A stretch of 64,000 nt of DNA from assembly GCA_965112155.1 (NCBI GenBank), contig OZ218098.1; one strand, written 5' to 3'. This DNA is from Podarcis liolepis. Its lineage: Eukaryota. Of the stretch, positions 13,707-25,890 are shown piece by piece. A program made the position numbers and the translations under genes. A model generated the notes under the pieces. The model was not told the origin of the DNA. It made no database searches and saw only the letters and a program-made list of their open reading frames with translations. Every line of letters starts with the position of its first letter. Position 1 is the first letter of the stretch.

Positions 13707-13825
13707 GAAGAAGCTGACCCTGATTAAGGAAATGCTGGCTGGCTGTGGGGCAGGGACCTGCCAGGTGATTGTCACCACTCCCATGGAGATGCTCAAAATC
13801 CAGCTGCAGGATGCAGGCCGAATTG
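13707..13825 (+). CDS. SLC25A22: SLC25A22 coding exon
   Basis: Long pyrimidine tract + tgtcag, donor gtacct; 119 bp encoding [39 protein letters not shown] with carrier signature PxExxKxxLQ; phase fits neighbouring exons. Confidence 0.97.
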
Positions 13826-14613
13826 GTACCTCACCTGTCTTTCTTCTCTCCTCACCATGCCCATGCAGCAACAGAAAATGTCTCCCATGGCTTTGCAGAT
13901 GATGGGAGGGCAGTGGTGGGAGGGAAATAGGACTGAACTGCGCTGGGATCAGGTTTTATTAAGGGGTGATATACAAATATCCAAAACTAAGTTTTTATTG
14001 CTTAGCCCAAAGGCCATCAACGGTGAATCAGTTTAATGTGGGGCACACCACTGAGTATAATTAGAACACAACATAATGACATAATCGGTTACAATATACA
14101 ATATATACCTTAATAAATTTTAGGGATTCGGAGCCCTTTCAGCAGTTCTGTTAACTGAAGTCGTTCTTTCCCTGAGTAGCTCCAGGATATATTACATCAC
14201 TGGGAAGGACCTCAGCCTTGTGAGCCAAATGATGAGTTGTTCTCTTTCCATTCTCCTGATGTGAGAGAGCCTGAAATTGTATCTTTAGATATCTGTATAG
14301 GGAAGAGGAGGCTGGTAAAACAATAGCTTGTGTTCAGCTTGTGAATTATTAAACTGGATAACTAATGCAAAAAAGGGAGGAGGATTAGTTGCCCCTTATG
14401 GTGTGTTTTTTCTATGACACTTTCTTTCTGTTTCCACCCCAGTTAGAAGGTCTGGCAGTGTGCCAAAGCCCTTAAGCATTAAGAACTTGTGTTCTTGCCC
14501 CAAACAACCTTACCTACCATTGTTATGTTGTCTCATTTTCCCCCAAGTAAATTTCAGGACAAAATTTAGAATACTGGATCTTTTCTTTTGACAGGTGTGG
14601 AACATAGGGGGAA

Positions 14614-14615
<2 letters not shown>

Positions 14616-14657
<42 letters not shown>
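14616..14657. repeat. (GT)n microsatellite
   Basis: Direct reading. Confidence 0.95.
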
Positions 14658-14660
<3 letters not shown>

Positions 14661-15177
14661 AGTTGGGAGAGGGGATAGCTTAATGATACTCACTATCTAT
14701 TGCATTAACAATGAATTCTAATAATGCAGGAACTGCTTATCACAGAGGAATTCAGTGGGAAATTTTTGCAACCACAGAATTGAACCACCAACGCTGTTTG
14801 TTTTCAAAAGCTCCAGTATAAATATCCTGTTAGACAGGACTATTGTGAATAACAACCACTCATCGCTGTGACTTAGTATCTCCCTCTGCTTCTGATTTGC
14901 CCATTTGCCTCTGAATCTTTTTGTATCTTACCAGTTTCCAGTTGTACTTCAAACCCTCTGTTACTAATGTGTTAAATTAGAAGGCTGCAGAAAGATTCTC
15001 ACTGCAGCACAATACTGGGATTTAGTGCCTCAGTTGCAACAGAGGCTATGTGAGCAAATATATTAGCTCAGGGGATTTACATGGGCTCCATCTTCTGATA
15101 AAATAGGAGAAGTGCAGTGGAAGAAGTTTGGGGGAGAAGAAGTGAACAGCCTGCATAGATCTCTGGGTAAATGCTTT

Positions 15178-15226
<49 letters not shown>

Positions 15227-15306
15227 TTTCGTAGATTTTCACGGGTACAGGAATGCAGGTTTTGGTGTCTTCGGGTGTCTTCCCGTGTAAGAGTTGGGGT
15301 GTCTAG

Positions 15307-15344
15307 GCGACGTTTCGACGAGGTCTCACTCGTCATCTTCAGGC
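15307..15344 (-). ncRNA. Mirror copy of the minimal hammerhead ribozyme-like motif
   Basis: Exact reverse complement of 15533-15570. Confidence 0.65.
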
Positions 15345-15532
15345 TGGTGCTTTCGGCTTCTTGTTACTCACTGCTTCCTACTTTCCTCTGCATCGGCGGC
15401 AGCCGCAGCGTGGCGCACGCGCGCCAGCACCCAACTCCAGAGTTGGGTGCTGGCGCGCGTGCGCCACGCTGCGGCTGCCGCCGATGCAGAGGAAAGTAGG
15501 AAGCAGTGAGTAACAAGAAGCCGAAAGCACCA

Positions 15533-15570
15533 GCCTGAAGATGACGAGTGAGACCTCGTCGAAACGTCGC
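15533..15570 (+). ncRNA. Minimal hammerhead ribozyme-like motif (sense to SLC25A22)
   Basis: CUGAAGA(U)-stem II GACGAG/CUCGUC with 6-nt loop-GAAAC-GUC; stem I and III very short. Confidence 0.65.
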
Positions 15571-15942
15571 CTAGACACCCCAACTCTTACACGGGAAGAC
15601 ACCCGAAGACACCAAAACCTGCATATATATATATATATATATATGACAGTGGAGTGCACTGTGTGTTATGCTCAGAGAATATGGTGTTGTGACAGCCACA
15701 TAAATATTTTACTTAGAGCTAAAATTCAACAGCACAACTTAACTGGATAAAGGCGGTTTCTAGTGACTTATCAGAGGGCAGTACAACTGACCTTAAGCAA
15801 TGTTCAGGTCATTACATTTGTGGCTGGCCTATTCATCCTTCTGTCAGAAGCAAGACATTTATGTTATGTCATTATCTGTAACTTGCATGCTGCATTCATG
15901 TTTATTGCGGTAAATGACAACTCTGTCTTGATTCCTCTTCAG

Positions 15943-16114
15943 CTGCTCAGAAGAAGCTAATGGCCGCACAAGCTCAGTTAAACCCTTCCACTGGTGCTGG
16001 GGCAGCAGAGTCTGTTGTGGAGACACGGACGACAGCAATGCAAATCACAAGGGACTTGCTTCGGAGCAAAGGCATCGCAGGACTTTATAAGGGACTTGGC
16101 GCTACGTTGCTAAG
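15943..16114 (+). CDS. SLC25A22: SLC25A22 coding exon
   Basis: attcctcttcag acceptor, gtaggg donor; 172 bp encoding (A)[56 protein letters not shown](R). Confidence 0.96.
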
Positions 16115-16468
16115 GTAGGGCACCCCTTTAGGCCCTCTGGAGGACCTAAAATCCAAATGGTGCCCAGTAGTCTTGGGTAACTACAAGGAATGAATAAGAA
16201 CACATGCTGTTCCCTGGGTATTGACTCAGTTAGGGATGGGGACAGAGTGGGTAAGGGAGGGAGATGGCGATACACTGCACTGGAGTTTCATAGTACTAAA
16301 TGAGAACAGTGTAGAAAGAGAAATATCTGATGCATTTGAAAACTATGGAAAGGGGAATTGTCTTTCTGTGCACAACTACCCACCCCTTACAATTGGCATG
16401 GGGCAGCTTGGTATTAAAGGACTAAAGGAAAGAGCTCTTCCCTCATGGTCTTGCTTCTCCTTCTGCAG

Positions 16469-16623
16469 GGATGTACCGTTTTCCATTGTTTATTTTCCAT
16501 TGTTTGCAAACCTGAACAAACTAGGGCAGACAACCCCGGATGTCAAGGCTCCATTCTATGTGTCCTTCCTTGCTGGGTGCCTGGCTGGCAGCACAGCAGC
16601 TGTAGCAGTGAATCCTTGTGATG
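16469..16623 (+). CDS. SLC25A22: SLC25A22 coding exon
   Basis: ttctccttctgcag acceptor, gtaggt donor; 155 bp encoding [51 protein letters not shown]. Confidence 0.97.
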
Positions 16624-17573
16624 GTAGGTACTGCAGCAAAGTTCAGTCAAGGTGCTGTGGGTGTGAAATGTGGGGAGGTTCACCAGAAGAGTTGGGGACA
16701 GGGGGAAACTGAGGAAAGAGTGTGAGCCCTGGTGTTTTTGCGTTCTCACGAGGCATAGTGTCACAGGAGGCAAGCTGGCCTATAATGCAGTGGACTACAG
16801 CAGTGTTAAGAAAGAGGGGCAAAAGATCTAAGTTGCAAAGCACCCAGTACCACAGTAAGAGAAGCTGCTATCCTGATTGTTCCAGCTAGTGGAGGCTTGT
16901 ATACTTTCCACTTGAGAAAGAGAATTGAAGAGATGCAGCCAGCCACAGGCCCTTCTTGTAGGAAGGGGAAATTCTGTACTACAGATTATCTTTGATGCAT
17001 GTCAGATATAGAAGTGATCTCTGCCTGATCTCTTGCCATTTGATTGAGGGGTGGGGAGAACATCCTCCAGGCAATGAGGGGGCTTACAGCTCTCCTGAGC
17101 TAACCAGCACTGTAGCCTGTTAAAGCATGTTTCTTCCTTGAAGAAGGGAACCCTTGGGTACTACACCTTAACAAAGGAACATCTGAACCCTCTAGGGAGC
17201 AAATAGCTCCCATCAGCCACAGACTCAGGTAGCACTCATACACCAGAAATGCATTGCAAGATTTTGTGGCAGAGTCCCACTTCTTTGTGATAGTCAGAGG
17301 CTAACAGCCTTGCAGTTGATGCAGAATGTGGTAGAGGTGCAGCATAATGTGTTAAAGGAGGGAGGCGGCTTCAACAGAAGCAAATGAAGAGCTTAGTAAA
17401 AAGCATGTCCAGATGATCAAGACTAATCTGTTCATGGAGAGAGAGTTGTAAAAGGGGAGGTCATAAAAATCTCTTCCAGCTTAGCAGTGCTGGGATACTT
17501 GTATATACCTAAACAGCTAAAGGAAGCCTGGAGAAATTAATTAGATACAGACCAGAGCACTGATTGTATCTAA

Positions 17574-17672
<99 letters not shown>

Positions 17673-18869
17673 TAAATGATCTTTTGAGGGTGATCAGCAA
17701 TCAGCGAAACCTGGGTGTTTGTCCCAAGGATACCAGTGAACACAGAGGCTTACCACCAAAAGGATTGTGTTACAGGCATAAAAACAGAATTTTACTCATA
17801 TATGAATTTGATACATGTTTCTTGTGGGGGCTGCTGCTGCTGGATGTATCCAAATCCACTTTGATAAAACTGTGAGATTCTTATTAAAATATAGTAAATG
17901 AAATACAGTATAGTAACTATGGCAGCTTGCCTTGTTGGCTATACACTTCCTCCAAGATTGGAGATGCCATAGTAGGCACAAGTTGCCAGCGGATGTGGGG
18001 AACGACAGTAGAAGAGAGGCAGCTGTGGACTTACTTCCCATAGGCATCCAGTTGACTATTGCAGGGAACAGGGTGCTGGACTAGATAGGCCCTTGGTCTG
18101 ATCCAGCAGGGCCCTTGCTTTTTTAACTGGGCCCGTTGATAGGTTCCAACCTTGAAGTGTGTCTCATCCTGCATCCATTAACAACTGGGAGGAAGGGACA
18201 GCACTGCCCATCTGAGCTCCCAGAGTCACTGCCACTTAGCAGCATGGGGAAGGGTGAAGCAGCAGGGGGCTTGGCCTGGGCATTGGCACTGTGCAGGTAC
18301 GCTGGCGGGAGTGCAAGATTGGCTCCACAGGGGCAACCACACACTGCTGGCATCCCCACTGCCTGGCCCCTCCCACTCTTCTCACCCATTAAGTGGCAGC
18401 AACTCCATCGCCAGGAAGTCAGACACCTCCCCATCAACTGCTGCTGCCTGCACCTCTCCCATCATTTATTTTGCATTGTTCTTAAAATCCACTACAAGCA
18501 AGCCTGGAAACCCACCCAGTGTTGTGTGTCCCAAACAAGGATGTGAAAATCACCTAGTCTGAGCTTTGTTTGGGCAAAGACTGACACATATGTGAATGAA
18601 ATTTGCAGCAGATAACCATTTTTATGCTATTCTTAGCCAAATAGCCATTGAGATGAGCAAGAAATTGGTTTTTCATTGTACTTGAAATGCCTTTGTAAAG
18701 TATGCTGCTCATGTGGGAAAGCCTGTTTGTTATAGATAACTCTGTGCTCTAAAGCAAAATGGGCGGGGCGGGCATGACTGAAGTAACAGATATTCTGATT
18801 GGCAACACTTAAATGGGAGTTGTGGTGAACACACGTAGTCTCATCTGATTTCTTTGTGTGCCTTTTTAG

Positions 18870-19023
18870 GAAAATCTGGCGGAATGAAGGCCCCACAGCC
18901 TTTTTGAAGGGGGCATATTGCAGAGCCCTGGTCATCGCCCCACTCTTTGGTATTGCACAAGTTGTGTATTTCATCGGCATTGCTGAATATTTCCTAGACA
19001 AGCTTCCAATGCGCCGGGATTAA
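18870..19023 (+). CDS. SLC25A22: SLC25A22 last coding exon
   Basis: gcctttttag acceptor; encodes [50 protein letters not shown] then TAA at 19021-19023. Confidence 0.97.
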
Positions 19024-20660
19024 CCCCTCACACCTCTCCCCATCCAATTGGAATTCATCATAGTATTCTTTGTCACCGTGCTATCAGAGCAACAGCACAA
19101 GGAGTTAAAACAGTAATGGGGGGGGGAATGAATGTTGTCTCCAAACCAAGTCCCCCTCCAGTCAACATGGCCTCACCATTATGCCAGGGAAGATACCTGA
19201 TTATGCATATCTCCTTTCTAATTATCAATCTCAAAAGACACTGGTTAGCACAGACTGTCTTACAGACCTGCTTTTTCTCCTCTTGGCTAGGGGAGAATGA
19301 CCAACAAATCAAGAAAGAGCAAAGGACTTTTCTCCCCCACCCCCACCCATTCTTGGTTTCAGGCCTCTGGGAAAGCCAAGGGGCTGCTATCCATTAAAGG
19401 GAGGCCAGTTTGTCATTCGAAAAGGCGGGTAATTTCTGAAATAAAAATGTTTTGTTTTCATGTAGGTCTCCTAAACATCCCTCTCCTAAATTAGCTGGAC
19501 TGAAGTGAACTCTTTGGATATCAAAGGAGGAGGGGAAAGGGAAAGGCGCATTTTGTATTTAGAATTTGTGAAAGGGACTGCCTTCCTGAATGAGTGTGCG
19601 CAGGTGAAATGTACTCCCTGCAGATGTGCACTCAACTGCTAAGGAGCTGCATCTGTGGAAACACAGTGCTGTCCAGTGTCGCGAACTAGCTGAGCCATTG
19701 TGATAGGGAAGAACTGAATAATTTTGGGATCAATTTTTTTTTAATAAAAAATCTTGCTGGATTTAAAACAAAAAAACCCCAACCCAGTAATACATTCCTT
19801 TCAATCAGCCTAGTTGATGCTGGTAATGCTGCTGTTCCACCCAGTGTTTCAGTTGTCTGTGTTTTGACCTGTACCTGTATTCCTTTCCTGTTTCCCTCTG
19901 GGAGCACAAATAATGCCAAAGGGTTACTTAGGGAAAACTGATCTCTGATGTGGCTGTAAACACTGCAAAATGCCAGATGGCATAGAAAAACTTAGCTTAG
20001 CTGAAATCAGTGGAAATAATCTTGCACATTTCATGAGGTTCAGTTGCACCGAAGTCAAAGAATTATGCTATATTCACGCCAGTTTAGATACCAGTTCTTT
20101 ACTGGCCTGCAATGATAATTTTTTAAAGGGTGCCAGCTAGTTTTCCTATTCAGACCAAAACTGACAGCAGAAGGTGGTTTGTTAACCTCCACAGGGCTCT
20201 CCATATCTCTTATGTTCTCTCTCAGAGATAGAAGCCTGGTTTTCTTCTCTTTGTTTCAACAGTTACTCTTCCATCAGAGTAAAGTAACCGAAGCATCAAA
20301 ATCAATGCTAATTCTGGTAATTTCCCCTTTATTTCTATTCCCTGCTTCTCAGGTGCTGACACAGTGCTGCCTGCAACATTGCAGGGAAATATTTTATATT
20401 TTTTAAAAAATCTATTAAAGTTTTGCAAATCCCCCCCTTTTTTTTGGAGGGGGTGGGGCAGTCTGATTTTGGAGGATAGCATGTTTAAGAGACATTCCCC
20501 CCTCCTGCAACTTGGACTTTGTCTTCTTGTTGTTGCGCCTCAATACTTCCTATATCCCATTCCAAAGAAATGAAATGAATTAGGTATGCAGATGGTGTGG
20601 CTATTTACATTTGCCCTTGGAGATGTCTTAAATGTTCCGAATGCCCATGTCACTGTTGGC

Positions 20661-20837
20661 TAGGGTAGCCAGACGCAGAAGAGGAAAGGAACTCTGCACC
20701 TTGAAGGGTGCAGCAGAAGAGGGAAGCATCAGCAGATGTTTATTGTTATGAAAGCTGCACCTGTTGTGACATTCCCTCTTCTACACAAATATTAAAGGTA
20801 CAGGAGCCCCTCTCTTGTCTTACATCTGGCCCTCCTG
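20661..20837. mobile_element. Older hAT-type fold-back MITE downstream of the SLC25A22 stop
   Basis: TAGGGTAGCCAGA ... TCTGGCCCTCCTG imperfect TIRs, internal agaagagggaa/ttccctcttct inverted repeat, degenerate 8-bp TSD ctgttggc/ttgttgga. Confidence 0.6.
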
Positions 20838-23163
20838 TTGTTGGACCCTTTGAGTTAGCAGGGTGAGATGTTTTATTTATTTTAAAGATATGGCACTTTT
20901 TACTTTTTCATCGTATGAAAACAAGGCCTGAAGAATGTGGGGTTTTAAAGCATGGTTTCCTTGCTTATCTTGAAAATTAAATGTTAGAATCATTACGTTT
21001 TAGAAGACTGATTGTTGGACTGATGGTGCTGACTCACAAAATAACAGAAAGAAATTGCTGGAACTGGTTTATAATAGGAGCTGCATCTAATAATTTAATT
21101 TGCCTCATTTCATGCTGCTTTTTCATCACTGTAAGTCCTTGTTTACTTTCACATCTAATCATCATTTTAAACTCTATTGCAATGTCTGTCTTGCTTAAAT
21201 GACCAAATGCCACTTTGAAAGAGGAGGCCTTAAAGGACTCGCTGCTGCTGCTGCCGCCGCTGCCACCACATGTCTGAGCCCACCATAAGACTACAGATTC
21301 TCTGTCAAGGCCTGGAACATCTGCACTGATGTGCTTTGGTATTTCTGAAGTAGAAATCAAACAATGATTTAGTGTTTTAAGAAGCACAATCTTCAGGATT
21401 AGTTTTTTGCACTTTAAAAAGAAAGAGCAGCGGGGACCTCATTTTAAAAGCAACCCCTTGCAAGAAAACTTTTTTTAACAATACTTTTGTCACATGAAGA
21501 AAAACTGAAGTGGTACCCAAAATGTAATCTAATTGTGTGTGAGAGATTTTATGGTTTGAAGCTTTATTTTAATGACAGGTGACCCTTTGTCCAGGTGAAA
21601 ACAAGGGTTTATGTAAAAATACTGATAAAAAGAAAATATCTGTGCCTAAATAAAACAGGCTCCAGTTAGCAATGCTACCACTAAGGCATCTGCTGCTTGC
21701 TTGCCAGGAGATTTTCCTGCTGATATGTGGCTCAGCACTGTTGCTAGTAAAGGGAAAAGGCACTACTTGTTTTTTGCATGAATACTCCTAAGCCTCGATT
21801 TTAGTATAGCATGACCAAGCTAATAAAGCAGAGTAGTGTTGTTTTCCAGTCCTTCATACTAGTTGTCAATTGAAATGTTTAATGCTGGCATTCTTATTGC
21901 TGCAAACTTAGAATATGTCCACATTTCAGACACACATCGTTCAAACATGTTGAATTAAACATTTAAAATGTTTGTGGTGCTTCAGCAGTGTAGATAAAGC
22001 TTTATTACTTTTCATATTCAATTTTATTGTGAGTTTTCAACATAAGATAACAATAAAAAACCAAACTAATCTAAAGAAAGTTAATGATAAACAACAGGAA
22101 GCAGAAATAAAGAAAAGAGGGGGGACACTATAAAAAACCAAGCCCTCTGTCACAATTATGTCTTGATCCTTATTCCACATACAGAAGAGTTAACCCTCCC
22201 AGCTCTCACCTTAGAGCTTTCCCCTCTTCCATCAGCTTCACATCCTGAGGAAACCTCTCTGGCCTGCCTCTTGTGCACTTCCCTTCTAGAGAAAGCTCTA
22301 AGAGGCCCTTGTGTTTTCATGGAACCACACGTCACTGGGTTCCTACTGAAGTTCCTACAGAAGCTGTGAATCATTTGAATTTACCATGTAGAGATAGCCT
22401 AAAATCATTGCCTCCTAAGCTTTCTGGCTCCTAAGGGCTTATTGGCCAGCATGTCCACAGTCCACATTAAGAAAGGAAGAAAGAAAGAAAATCTAATGAG
22501 GTCATTTCAGGCATATCTGTGAGTGGTGGAAATCTGCAATTCAGTTCTTGCTCCTATAGATTAGGGCTTTCAAGCAGAAGGTCCAGAGGCCTTATGGGGT
22601 CCTCTGAGGTCCAAGGAATCCTATTGTAGTCCAGAGCTAATTTGAGTTTGATAGTGTAGATAGTGATCCTTCAGGTGTAGGGAGGTCTGTATTACAATCT
22701 CCAACACTTATGCCATAAACACAGACCTATCAAGTTTTGTGCATGCCCTTCTATTCTGAGTAAATTTGGACTAATGCTTAGATGTGTACTTGCAATCACC
22801 AGTGTGAATTATAGTTCCCATTCTAATCACAATCGTGCACTGAAATATTAAAACCCACATTTTAGTCTCTCTTAACTACACTTTTGTACTAGTAGTAAGG
22901 CTGGTTAAAGTCTTCTAAGGGGTAACAGGTATCTTAGCCATTCCATGCTAACTGGGAAGCAAGCAGCTTTTGAGGACAATAGCCCATGCTTTAAATAGGG
23001 AATAGTGGCACCAATCTGTGTCGGCGGTAAAAAGTTACAAGTTTTCAGTTCAGCAGAGTTCAAGGAAGCTCTAGAGATCAAATGGTACAAATATCCTTCA
23101 AGGAAAAAAATGAAATGCTGAGCTCTTCAGTTTTAAAAATGCCAGCCCTTCTAAATCAAAATG

Positions 23164-23427
23164 CAGTGGTGCCTCGCAAGACGAAATTAATTCGTTCCGC
23201 GAGTCTTTTCATCTTGCGATGTTTTTCGTCTTGCGAAGCACAGTCTATCGCAACTGTGCCTCTTCAAGCGGCTTTAAGAAAAAAGCGAACAAACTCGCAA
23301 GACGTTTTCGTCTTGCGAAGCAAGCCCATAGGGAAATTCGTCTAGCGAAGCAACACAAAAACCGAAAAACCCTTTCGTCTAGCGAGTTTTTCGTTTTGCG
23401 AGGCATTCGTCTTGCGGGGCACCACTG
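23164..23427. mobile_element. Tc1/mariner-type MITE
   Basis: TIR CAGTGGTGCC(T/C)CGCAAGACGAA, internal TTCGTCT(T/A)GCGA repeats; flanked by TG on both sides. Confidence 0.88.
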
Positions 23428-24487
23428 TGGGTACCTGGAATGCAGTTGAGGATCCTGAGGTCCACATCCCATGATTCTCAAATATGCCAGTGAGGGAGAA
23501 TGTGCATGACTTTTTTATTATAGAAAAATGCTATTATGTGGTTACTTTTCTGAGCCATTCCGTTGTGAAACTCCCCCCCACCCGTCCCATGAATGTTGCC
23601 CCATGAGTGTTTAGCTATGACTTAAAATAAATTTTGTTTTGGATTGTTTCTCAGCATATGGTTAAATAGAAATTTTGCTGTATGAGAATGACTGGGAATG
23701 TTGCAGTGCTGACATTCTCTTTTCACGTGATTGTATAAACTCATCTGAACATGCAGTCTTTACTAGGCATGTTTCAGCCAAAAATAATGTCTGAGGCAAG
23801 AGTGCTGTGCAAAGTCCGGTGTGAGGTAAAAACAAGCAAACCAGTGTTTAGTTCTGTGTGTGTATGTGTGTGTGTGTGTGTGTAAAACAGATTTTTATTT
23901 TCTTGAACTTAATTTATCATTAAAATCAATTTTTAAACACCATACTAAATTAAGCAGGTAAGCTAATAAAATGCATTAAAAAATCCCATCTGTGTCTGGC
24001 TTGCCTGTTATCTGTATCTTACCCTTTGATATTCTCAATATAGCAACCAGATACTGTAAAAATGTGTTGGTTTTTTTATTTACGCAATTGATTATAATGA
24101 ACTAATCATTGCAACATGACTAGTATTGGGTCTTAGGGAAGGAGTAAACAATCAACACAAGCTTTCTCATGTTAGAAACTGTGATCTCAGAAGTTTTTTC
24201 CAATCACTGGACTTTTAATAGGTAACAGAAATGCCGTCCTCCCATGAAGTTTGTGTACTTTGGGCTATTCTTAGGCATATGTTGCTTCTAAAAGGCTCCC
24301 TGTTTTTCACTCCCATTTATAGGTCTCATTTCAAAAGTTAACTTCACAAGGTTGCATCTTAAATGCTAACTAATAACCCTTCAGGCTACCAGGTGTATGT
24401 CTATGATGTTGAATATGTGTTCCCACACTTCCACTAGAATTGGCTGTCCTTTCTACTTTAAATATGTTTATTAAAAATAACATAATC

Positions 24488-24693
24488 ATCAGGAAGAACT
24501 TTCTGACAGTAAGAGCTGTTTGACACTGCAGCAGACGCCAACAAGGGGAGGTGGACTCTCCTTCCTTGGAGGTTTTTAAGCAGAGGTTGGGTGGCCATCT
24601 GCCATGGATGCTTCAGCTGAGACCCCTGCATTGCAGGGGGTTGGACTAGATGACCCTCAGGGTCATTTCCAACTACAGTTCTATAATTCTATG
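24488..24693 (+). mobile_element. CR1 LINE 3' end
   Basis: aggaagaactttctgacagtaagagctgtt...ggggttggactagatgaccctc...ttctataattctatg. Confidence 0.85.
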
Positions 24694-25470
24694 TTAATTG
24701 GCTTTCTTTCTAAGTAACCCAAGTCCCATATTTTTGTTGATGCTTGGATTTATGGAAGCAGGTAAACTCCAGCTGGCTTCTATTCCTGCCACTGAGATGA
24801 ATCATGAATAGTACAAGCGCTGCTTGTATCTTGCTGTCTAAATCCTAGACAGAGAATGATAGAGTTTATCACTGTCTTGAACATTGTCCTCTCTTAAAAT
24901 TAGCGGATGTAACCATGAGGTAGAATTCTGGCCATTCTTGTGTTTCATTATTCCAAGCTAGTTAATATTTAAGGATGGTATATAGTGGACTTCTGGAAAC
25001 ACTTTCACACAGAGAGATGGGGGAACTTTCAGAAGACAACATATGAAATGAGAAAATGCCACATTGCCCATTTTCCGATGGAAATAGCGGTGTGAACTGG
25101 TGCTTTGAAGCTTAGCATTCTTCCATTACGTTTAGAACAAAGTCTAAGGATCCTTCCCTCATTAGGGTTCCATCTGTCACACTAGAACCATCAAAGTTGC
25201 TCAATGCCCAATGTTCCCTGCATATTAAAACATTGTGCTTTCACATCCAATCTGCAAATCCAAATTCTGTTGTGTAAATAAAAATTAACTGGAACATGTT
25301 GTGTAGTAGTAAGAACAATACAGTTAGGGCAATAACTTTCCTTCATGTGAAATTACCTCACAGGAGCTCTGTACATTTGTGTTCTACTTATGCCCATCTT
25401 TTAGATATTATAGAGGTGCAGGATATTTGCTAGTATTAAAGGTTTAGAGGTTTTCCCCAGTATCTGTGTT

Positions 25471-25614
25471 AGGCTATCAGCCTTCAGGCCACAAATAGGT
25501 CCCCCCCCCATGGAAATGTGACCAGGAAAGGTGTGACACAAGGCTATCAGCCTTCAGGCCACAAATAGGTCCCCCCCCATGGAAATGTGACCAGGAAAGG
25601 TGTGACACAAGGCT
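25471..25614. repeat. Tandem duplication of a 70-bp unit
   Basis: 25471-25540 repeated at 25541-25609 (C9 vs C8 only difference), AGGCT at all three junctions. Confidence 0.95.
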
Positions 25615-25734
25615 CACATGTGTCTGACTTTAATCTTGGTTCTTTACTACAGCTAGCCAACACTGAAGATAACACAACACTGCCGTTGGCTGGGGGATCT
25701 GACAGTGACTGCCTTGTACTGTGTCAGAGCAATG

Positions 25735-25890
25735 GTCCATCTAACTCAGTGTTGTCTACACTGACAGGCAGCAGCTGTCCAGGGTTTCAGATGGTACATT
25801 TCCACCCCTACCTGAATATGCCCAGGATTGAACCTGGGACTTTCTAGATGTAAAGCAGATGTTCTGCCACACTGAGTTATGGCCTTTCTC
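25735..25890 (-). mobile_element. tRNA-derived SINE (similar copies at ~43790-43968 and ~46300-46455)
   Basis: Minus strand: ggccataactcagtgtggcaga (A box) ... cccaggttcaatcctgg (B box) followed by SINE body. Confidence 0.7.

Larger units (their letters stand above)
15225..15624 (-). mobile_element. Penelope-like retroelement 3' end plus its inverted copy (perfect palindrome) inserted in (TA)n
   Basis: Arms 15253-15437 and 15440-15624 are exact reverse complements; 28-nt unpaired tail 15225-15252; CTGAAGATG...CGAAACGTC motif typical of PLE terminal repeats; flanked by (AT)22 and (AT)11. Confidence 0.8.

Noticed and set aside
15046-15750. Mirror-image ORFs on both strands (71-107 aa)
   Set aside because: They are by-products of the palindrome and (TA)n tracts, with no recognisable protein motif.
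25820-25890. tRNA-like A/B boxes (also ~43900-43965 and ~46400-46450)
   Set aside because: Degenerate and attached to SINE bodies, so not tRNA genes.
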